IMG/VR virus record: IMGVR_UViG_3300045988_108791
Location: 12,935 to 76,934 of that record
Strand: one strand, 5' to 3'
DNA from: a virus
Length of the DNA: 64,000 nt
The notes beneath the pieces were generated by a model. It was not told the DNA's origin. It saw only the letters and a program-made list of their open reading frames with translations, and ran no database searches. Both the position numbers and the translations under genes were made by a program. Positions within the stretch are counted from its first letter, which is position 1, and every line of letters starts with the position of its first letter. Below are positions 58,010 to 64,000 of this stretch, piece by piece.

Positions 58010-58846
58010 TTAAAAATCAATTACCGCCCGAACCATGTCTCCGATGTGCTTGTTGCCGGTGCCCGTGAGGCCACTGGAGAAGACCACGTACCACGCGACG
58101 GCCTGGCTGCTCTCAGTACTGGACCAATACCACGTCGAGGAGAGGGGAGATGCCGAAACATAAGCGAATGCTTTGTTTAGTTCGTTCATATAATGGGCCA
58201 TTAAATTTAATTGACCAAGAGATGGTATATACTCGCCATCTTCCAGCAGATTTCTCAATTTTGGATTTCTGGCTACAAGGCGTTCCGTATTGCCGCGTCC
58301 GTCAATGTCAAACAGCGCATCACATTCACGTTCGTAATATGTCCCACTTCCGGATTCTTCACGGCTATCATCGTCAAGCAACCGTACACTATCATGCTCC
58401 GCCAATGAGATAGCAAACGATACGTCTTTGTGTTTTAATCCGATATAACGCACATTCTTTTTGAAATTCTCTCCAGTAAACGGCTCAGCATGTCCGTTTC
58501 CGTAGATTAGATACAAACCATCTTTTCTTGATGGTACTCTATTTTCACATACGCATCTTTCATTTTTGGGTCTTACAATTATGTTCAACTCATTCAACAC
58601 ATGATCTTTTATGACTTCCTTGCTTATTCTTTCTACAAAACCATAATTCCTTTGTTTAAGCTCATCATTTACCATACATCTGATCCAATTTTCTATCTGA
58701 TTGTTTCCTCCGTATGTATTATGCATACACCTTTTTACAAGCTTTTCCAATAATGGTTCTATGTTTTTGATTATATCTTCTTTGGTAAGGTGAAGTTCAT
58801 TTAATATGAAGTTCCTTACCGCCTTGTATTCTTTACTTGCGCTCAT
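58010..58846 (-). CDS. protein with C-terminal DUF1566-like (Fibrobacter-paralogous, lectin-like) domain
   Basis: C-terminus YIPSLGQLNLM...YWSSTESSQAVAWYVVFSSGLTGTGNKHIGDMVRAVIDF follows the DUF1566 pattern (WRLPT.EL..L ... YWSST ... V.F..G.....K.....VRCV). Confidence 0.45.
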   Translation of the reverse strand: MSASKEYKAVRNFILNELHLTKEDIIKNIEPLLEKLVKRCMHNTYGGNNQIENWIRCMVNDELKQRNYGFVERISKEVIKDHVLNELNIIVRPKNERCVCENRVPSRKDGLYLIYGNGHAEPFTGENFKKNVRYIGLKHKDVSFAISLAEHDSVRLLDDDSREESGSGTYYERECDALFDIDGRGNTERLVARNPKLRNLLEDGEYIPSLGQLNLMAHYMNELNKAFAYVSASPLSSTWYWSSTESSQAVAWYVVFSSGLTGTGNKHIGDMVRAVIDF

Positions 58847-58857
58847 AATATATCTAC

Positions 58858-59004
58858 TTAATACTGTGAATTATATTTTTTCTCTCTCCCACTGTCTTCC
58901 CCTATAGGATTATTCCATCCGTATTTTACAGCCATAGCTTTAAATAGAGGAAGTCCATAAAATTTATAATCATTCTCAGGATGAGCATATACTGTTGATT
59001 TCAT
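58858..59004 (-). CDS. unannotated small protein (48 aa), translationally coupled to dam
   Basis: MKSTVYAHPENDYKFYGLPLFKAMAVKYGWNNPIGEDSGREKKYNSQY. Its ATG overlaps the Dam stop codon (ATGA at 59001-59004). Below the ORF track cutoff. Confidence 0.4.
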   Translation of the reverse strand: MKSTVYAHPENDYKFYGLPLFKAMAVKYGWNNPIGEDSGREKKYNSQY

Positions 59005-59663
59005 TTCAGTTCTTTAATTAAAGCATCCGCATATATTACAGCTAATTCAGCCGCCTTATCACACGTCTCCAATATTAATTCACCGTGAGGTCCACGCCCT
59101 GATACGAGTGTGATCGGAAGCATGGTTTTTGCTATCTCGTATCTACGTTGTTCCCAATCTACATGGGTGTTACACGGTTCTTGATTGACCTGTATATATC
59201 TTCCTTCAATATTAGAAGATCTTAATGTTTCCGCATTCTCTTCGCCGAATGCGACCAGAATAGACCCACATCCTGGACTTTCACCTATTGTTCCATCTTC
59301 TCTGTGGAATTTTATCCTTCCTTTCATGAACAATATACCTTTTGCTTTCGGGAATACAACATCCTGAAACATCTTATTGTCAAGACGATTAAAAAGAAGA
59401 GCTATTCCATTATTGTGCTCTACCATACGAGTAATAAAATGCTCTATAGTCGGTCTTGAATAAGGTGGGTTTAACCATACCCTTCCTTCCCATTTTTGTT
59501 TTAATCCATCTTGCTCTTTGTTATACATAACCCTGGCTGTCCTCCATAACGGACGCATAGGCGCACATGGATCTAAATCAAATTCCCCTAAAGCGTCTAT
59601 AATTTCTTTAGGTGTGTACCATTCATCTGTACTGTTTTTAGATTTCTCAAATGATGTATTCAT
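59001..59663 (-). CDS. phage-type DNA N6-adenine methyltransferase (Dam, T1-like family)
   Basis: DEWYTPKEIIDALGEFDLDPCAP and WLNPPYSRP (NPPY catalytic motif IV) are hallmarks of the phage Dam family (PF05869-like). Confidence 0.8.
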   Translation of the reverse strand: MNTSFEKSKNSTDEWYTPKEIIDALGEFDLDPCAPMRPLWRTARVMYNKEQDGLKQKWEGRVWLNPPYSRPTIEHFITRMVEHNNGIALLFNRLDNKMFQDVVFPKAKGILFMKGRIKFHREDGTIGESPGCGSILVAFGEENAETLRSSNIEGRYIQVNQEPCNTHVDWEQRRYEIAKTMLPITLVSGRGPHGELILETCDKAAELAVIYADALIKELK

Positions 59664-59681
59664 ATATCTATGTTTTATAAG

Positions 59682-60359
59682 TTAATCCCATCCTCCAGTA
59701 GTGTACAAAGATACATCTTCCTCCTCTACGTTTACACCTTTAATAGCCTGTAGAAGTTTTTTCTTTGTCTCCCGGCACATATTGTAACCATATCCTTTAT
59801 ACCGATATGAGCGTTCCCATGTGCTTACTGGAAAAGGAATATTTTCATCAATGACCAGTCTCTTCATATGAAGATGTTCGAAGAATTTCTCATGGTAGAG
59901 TAGTTTGTACTCGTATGCTACTATACTTGCAGATGAGAATGGAAAATAATCATCTTCCTCTTCTTCGTATTCCTCTTCTTCGTATTTAGGCTCCTTGTAG
60001 TAAGCCATTTTTGCCACAGTAAAGTCGAAGCTCCTGAGAATCTCTTCTGGCTTTCCGAACTCTGACTCTGTGAACTCTACCCATACCTTTTCTCCCTCTT
60101 TCTGGAATGCGCATACCTTCTCATTCCTGTACTTAAATTTCCATCCTTCTTTCTGATGTTTTTCATCATTGAACAAATCAACAGCTTCCTGAAAATCGTC
60201 TTCTCTTTCAAAGAAAATATCAATGTCTTTTACTCTTTCTCCGGAAAGGATATTTTTAAAACATCCACCAGCTATGAATCCTTTGTGGCCTTCCATATAC
60301 TTGTCAAGCCATCTTATTTGCCAGAAATTATCTGGAGTATCTATTACAAAATTATTCAT
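59682..60359 (-). CDS. minimal pol-beta-superfamily nucleotidyltransferase-like protein (225 aa)
   Basis: FIAGGCFKNILSGERVKDIDIFF matches the NTase signature hG[GS] - x(9-13) - DhDh. An acidic EEEEYEEEEDDY tract lies downstream. Confidence 0.45.
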   Translation of the reverse strand: MNNFVIDTPDNFWQIRWLDKYMEGHKGFIAGGCFKNILSGERVKDIDIFFEREDDFQEAVDLFNDEKHQKEGWKFKYRNEKVCAFQKEGEKVWVEFTESEFGKPEEILRSFDFTVAKMAYYKEPKYEEEEYEEEEDDYFPFSSASIVAYEYKLLYHEKFFEHLHMKRLVIDENIPFPVSTWERSYRYKGYGYNMCRETKKKLLQAIKGVNVEEEDVSLYTTGGWD

Positions 60360-60377
60360 ATTGTTTATGTTTTGCCG

Positions 60378-60632
60378 TTACCAAGCGAGATAAAAATTCC
60401 GCTTCACAATAATACAATGAGTGTAATTACTCAGGTCGATTCCGTTGTCCGTAAATGCATCCAGGACCCGTTTTTCCACGTATTTGAGTTTTACTGTTAT
60501 CCCCTTCTTAAACACTTCTATTAACTTCTCATTGCACTCAATAGGTCCAATAAGACAGTATCTATTCGAAGGACTGTCTGATATACAATATGTCTGACAT
60601 CCTAACATGTTGCTTAAAATTACTTCGTTCAT
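60378..60632 (-). CDS. hypothetical protein (84 aa)
   Basis: ORF. Confidence 0.45.
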   Translation of the reverse strand: MNEVILSNMLGCQTYCISDSPSNRYCLIGPIECNEKLIEVFKKGITVKLKYVEKRVLDAFTDNGIDLSNYTHCIIVKRNFYLAW

Positions 60633-60639
60633 AATTTCT

Positions 60640-61116
60640 CTATGATTCTAATATGGTGTCTACAAACTCCGTTATTTTATCAACGGATTCTTTTGATAAG
60701 GTATATCTTCTCCAATCCCATCTAAAATGCGCTTTTGGGAGATTTTTAGTAGAATATTTTTCATTTCCGTCCTTGTTAGTCCATTCGTAATTATCCTCTG
60801 GATCCGCCACTTTTATCCCCGATTTAGGTCCGTTACGAAAGCTATATAGCATTCTTATAACCGATTCAAAATCCGAACCTATATCAAATATCATATGATA
60901 CACCTTGTTTATTAAAGCCCTATCAGCTTGTTCCAAGTCTTCACCAAACAACTCTCTTACACTCCAATTTTTCATTTCTGAATAACGAATGAAATTAAGT
61001 TTCCCTTTTTCTATATTAGGATCTTTTCTTGATAATACAAGCTCCAAATCTTTCACAAATGATTCTTTTAGTTTCTGTTGTCCTAACAAGGCGGTGTATT
61101 TGCTCACTATATCCAT
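60640..61116 (-). CDS. hypothetical protein (158 aa)
   Basis: ORF. Confidence 0.55.
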   Translation of the reverse strand: MDIVSKYTALLGQQKLKESFVKDLELVLSRKDPNIEKGKLNFIRYSEMKNWSVRELFGEDLEQADRALINKVYHMIFDIGSDFESVIRMLYSFRNGPKSGIKVADPEDNYEWTNKDGNEKYSTKNLPKAHFRWDWRRYTLSKESVDKITEFVDTILES

Positions 61117-61415
61117 TATCCAAAGTTTTTTAATATTGCTCCAAACGAATCATATTTAATCCCTAATGTATCATGTGCCTTTTGGGATCCACATTCACAT
61201 TCACCAACTCTTGCGCCGGACCCACACTCGCATAAGTCTATTCCCCAATGGTTGACGCAGTGGTTGCAGCAGCAGGACTGGTGAAGCCATGTGGCATCAC
61301 CAGCATCCAAATCCAATTTTTCAAATGTTTCCCAAAACATGCTATTCGAAGCACCATTATCAAAGCTGATAGTGACTGCGCCGCATTTACATTTTTGTAT
61401 GTATTCTATTTTCAT
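61116..61415 (-). CDS. Cys-rich small protein (~99 aa)
   Basis: The ORF track starts at 61487, but the internal ATG at 61415 gives an ATGA overlap with the upstream gene's stop. Contains CKCG...CCCNHC...CECG...CECG. Confidence 0.5.
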   Translation of the reverse strand: MKIEYIQKCKCGAVTISFDNGASNSMFWETFEKLDLDAGDATWLHQSCCCNHCVNHWGIDLCECGSGARVGECECGSQKAHDTLGIKYDSFGAILKNFG

Positions 61416-62339
61416 ATATGTTCCATTTTCAAAATTTCTGGGGATAGATATTCTTGTAACTCCAATTTGCGTATTGGGACAAGACAATCCAGATGTTTAG
61501 CGTCCATTTCTTGCCTATTCTCATCTACCCACATTAAAGTATCTTTACTGCTACATTCTGGGCATTTGTCAGCTCCACATGGAAGAAGCATTTGTGCTCC
61601 ACATAAGACACATCTTACCCAGTCTCCGTGCTGCACCCCTTCGTATGGGATACATTGACTAAATCCTACCCCTCCTAAGCATTCGTATTTATTATCTCCT
61701 CCTGATTCTCTGGAAAATAGATGCACTTTCCATCTCTCTTGGTTATTTCTTCTCACCAGCACTCGTTCAAATGGTTTGAGGTCGTGTTTCGGCATCTCAT
61801 CTAATAGATACTCATATTCACTTAAATATCGTTTTATTATATCTACCTTTCTACTGTCTTCGGCTTTTATAATCTTTTCTGCTAAAAATTTCTTCTCTTC
61901 CTCTATAGCCTTTCTTACATGCCGTTTTTTATATCCGTCATACACATTAGTCCATAATTTGCAATCAAACCCAATATCTCCAAATGATGCCATTCCGCAT
62001 ATACATCCCATTACCCCTTTGGTAATAATACCATTATATATAAATGGGTTCCCAAGCGTGCTTATTAATACATCTCCTTTCTTAAAATACGCTCCAGCCT
62101 CTACTTCCAATTCCAGATCGTTGTTGAAAAAAGTACGACCTTCTGTATCGGCATATATAGCACTTATCCCAGATTCATCTTTTTTTTACAAAAAGTAAAT
62201 TATAACGATCTGCACAGTCTTTTGACTCATATACAAATTCTATTTTAATATTACCAATTAATACTGAACCTTCTATTTCTCCGCTTTTAATTTTTCTCGC
62301 CGTATTTAAATCAAACGGAACAACAATTGGATTTTCCAT
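61412..62339 (-). CDS. Cys-rich protein whose reading frame is split at a T8/A8 homopolymer (frameshift, sequencing error or slippage)
   Basis: An ATG at 62339 opens a 50-codon frame (MENPIVVPFDLNTARKIKSGEIEGSVLIGNIKIEFVYESKDCADRYNLLFVKK) that ends in the run 62180-62187. The main 61412..62185 frame continues in +1 (KKDESGISAIYADTEGRTFFNNDLELEVEAGAYFKKGD...). Removing one A/T fuses the two frames into one ~309-aa protein. The downstream part has CVLCG...CGADKCPEC. Confidence 0.45.
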
Positions 62340-62379
62340 ATCTTTTCGTTTTTAATTGTTATAAAACAGGATGAGCTAC

Positions 62380-63441
62380 TTACACCCATCCCAGTTGTTT
62401 AGCAATGCCTTCCATCTCGCTATATGCAATGCGATGACACCCGGCTGTCAGTATATCGTTTTCATACCGGTTTATGCTCCACTGGTGACCGGTGACGTCC
62501 TCCACCAGACCGTGCCGGAACGGGCCTCCCCGGTGCAACAGTGACACCATCTGCCACATCCTTCTGGCTTCTTCTATCCCGATTTTTATTTGTTTGCTCG
62601 TTTCAATAATTCCCCCTTTTATGCGCATCCAAGCATTTACGTCAGCACAATCAATAAAATAATATGAATGCAAGAAATTAAGTTCTCCCGACTTCCATTT
62701 TTCTAATTTTTCATAAAAATCCTTACGAAATTTGTCTAATTCTTCTTCCCTTGCCCTTCGCTTTTTTTCCTGTTTTGCTTCTATATTTATTCTATATTTT
62801 TCAACTCTTTCCCGATATTTCAACCAAGTTCCTTCACCACAAACTTCATCTACAATCACAATAACGGTTCCAAGGACTTCCAGTGCTTGATGATTCAATA
62901 ATATCTGGAAAACACGTTTCAACTCACGGACATGTTCACGTTTAATCTTATCTGATTTCCATGATAATTCATGGTTAGTTCCAAGCCATTCGTCTGCGCT
63001 CTTTTTAAGAAGACGCTGGGGAGTCCCCATATCGAAGAACTCAATATAATCCATCAGATTTTTAAAATTCCCCCAAACATCCCGATAAGACAATTCGGTT
63101 CTGGCTTTCTTGTATTTTTCAATAGCATCTTTAATGGATTCCAACCTACTGGTAACAAAGGCCATGTTACCGGTATTTGACATATTATATCCAACATAGA
63201 ACACCTTTGAGCCAGTTGGTATTGCGTCACGAACACAACATTGATGTTTGCTTGTGGAAGAGGAACGATATATGTCATTAATCAAATACGCCTTTTCTCC
63301 ACGCTTGTTTCGCACGATTCTTCCAACCTCAAAATGACTTCCATAGGAGTAAATACTTTCACCTTCAAAATAGAAGTTACTACCATTTGCAAATTCTTTC
63401 ATTTCGTTTGCCCACAAGTGAGCGACCATTGAATTGTTCAT
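62380..63441 (-). CDS. hypothetical protein (353 aa)
   Basis: ORF. Confidence 0.6.
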   Translation of the reverse strand: MNNSMVAHLWANEMKEFANGSNFYFEGESIYSYGSHFEVGRIVRNKRGEKAYLINDIYRSSSTSKHQCCVRDAIPTGSKVFYVGYNMSNTGNMAFVTSRLESIKDAIEKYKKARTELSYRDVWGNFKNLMDYIEFFDMGTPQRLLKKSADEWLGTNHELSWKSDKIKREHVRELKRVFQILLNHQALEVLGTVIVIVDEVCGEGTWLKYRERVEKYRINIEAKQEKKRRAREEELDKFRKDFYEKLEKWKSGELNFLHSYYFIDCADVNAWMRIKGGIIETSKQIKIGIEEARRMWQMVSLLHRGGPFRHGLVEDVTGHQWSINRYENDILTAGCHRIAYSEMEGIAKQLGWV

Positions 63442-63453
63442 ATAAATATCTTT

Positions 63454-63768
63454 TTAATTGTTTAACTTACCTTTATCATATGACATTCTCTTTTCGTATT
63501 TTTCAATACGTTCGGTTATCATATCGCAGAAGACTTGCCCCTCTTTTTCGGAACCTCTGAAGTAACCAACCATCTTCAGAATATTTCCGTCAAATTCATG
63601 GACAAACTTGTTATAATAATGTTCACCCATAACTTTCCCGTATTTTCCCATAAACAAATCCTTGTCTAACGACTCATCCTTGAAACAACGGTTGTAATCC
63701 CATCTTACAATACGAAACAATGTTTCAAAATCCAATCTTTCCATATCCTGTATTTTATTTAAGCTCAA
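63454..63768 (-). CDS. hypothetical protein (104 aa)
   Basis: ORF. Confidence 0.5.
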   Translation of the reverse strand: MSLNKIQDMERLDFETLFRIVRWDYNRCFKDESLDKDLFMGKYGKVMGEHYYNKFVHEFDGNILKMVGYFRGSEKEGQVFCDMITERIEKYEKRMSYDKGKLNN

Positions 63769-63937
63769 ACTTAATACCTTCCGGCAACTGAGAGCGGTCT
63801 ACCTTATTCACAAAATCATCAAACTCTTCCTGTGTGATTTTTTCTCCATAACCGTTCCAGTTGAAAGACAAAGTGTTCGTGTGAGAATAATATATAACAT
63901 TATCGGTAGACAACCCATAATCAAACACACAGAGCAT
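63755..63937 (-). CDS. hypothetical protein (60 aa)
   Basis: ORF. Confidence 0.4.
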   Translation of the reverse strand: MLCVFDYGLSTDNVIYYSHTNTLSFNWNGYGEKITQEEFDDFVNKVDRSQLPEGIKFELK

Positions 63938-63940
63938 TAT

Positions 63941-64000
63941 CTTCTTTTCTGCTTCTGCTTGTCTGATTTTCTTATCGTATCGCTCACAAATTTCAGCACG
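63941..64000 (-). CDS. 3' end of a minus-strand gene continuing beyond window
   Basis: The frame stays open on the minus strand to the window edge. Confidence 0.3.

Noticed and set aside
1-64000. CRISPR array, rRNA, integrase/attachment site, terminase, portal or major capsid genes
   Set aside because: No regularly spaced direct repeats, no rRNA-like conserved blocks, no tyrosine or serine recombinase motifs, and no Walker-A terminase ORF were seen. These functions presumably lie outside this window.

Overview
The window is best explained as a 64-kb segment of a tailed dsDNA phage genome, AT-rich and tightly packed into two convergent gene blocks. The host is probably a Bacteroidota bacterium: there are recurrent TAnnTTTG -7 promoter elements 15-25 nt upstream of start codons, few Shine-Dalgarno sites, and an IS1595-family transposase remnant. 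Block 1 (nt 1-33000, + strand) opens with a virion protein carrying a tail-lysozyme domain. It continues with a run of translationally coupled giant ORFs of 949, 1019, 2213, 752 and 2137 aa. These have Gly-zipper and hydrophobic segments plus coiled coils, which fits an ejected or internal-virion (or tape-measure-like) role; no function could be proven. Between the giant ORFs lies an island of about 15 small unknown genes, including odd low-complexity proteins: one rich in Q/N, Gly and Cys, and one RGG/ER-rich. Block 2 (nt 33275-64000, - strand) is a replication and DNA-metabolism module, closely packed with many ATGA start/stop overlaps. It encodes a DnaB-family helicase, a zinc-ribbon/TOPRIM-like primase, an SF2 helicase, two RecB-family PD-(D/E)XK nucleases (one Cas4-like with 4 Cys), a phage-type Dam N6-adenine methyltransferase, a minimal pol-beta-type nucleotidyltransferase and a standalone ABC-type ATPase. 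It also encodes KilA-N and ORF6N/Bro-like DNA-binding proteins, and an unusual NfeD-flotillin(SPFH)-acyl-carrier-protein-like operon. The two blocks converge on a pair of strong terminators at 33115-33268. Several non-coding elements stand out. At 1627-2411 an iteron-like repeat cluster, a GC-rich island and an AT-rich tract form a candidate origin or genome-end region next to a protein with weak HUH-like motifs. At 19233-19350 a promoter plus terminator pair suggests an ~80-nt small RNA. A 532-bp ORF-free gap sits downstream of the flotillin gene. A gene at 61412-62339 is interrupted at a T8 homopolymer. A 51-bp in-frame tandem duplication lies inside one gene. No rRNA, tRNA, CRISPR array, integrase, terminase or major capsid gene was recognised in this window. 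All domain calls rest on motif inspection by eye and need HMM or structure-based confirmation.
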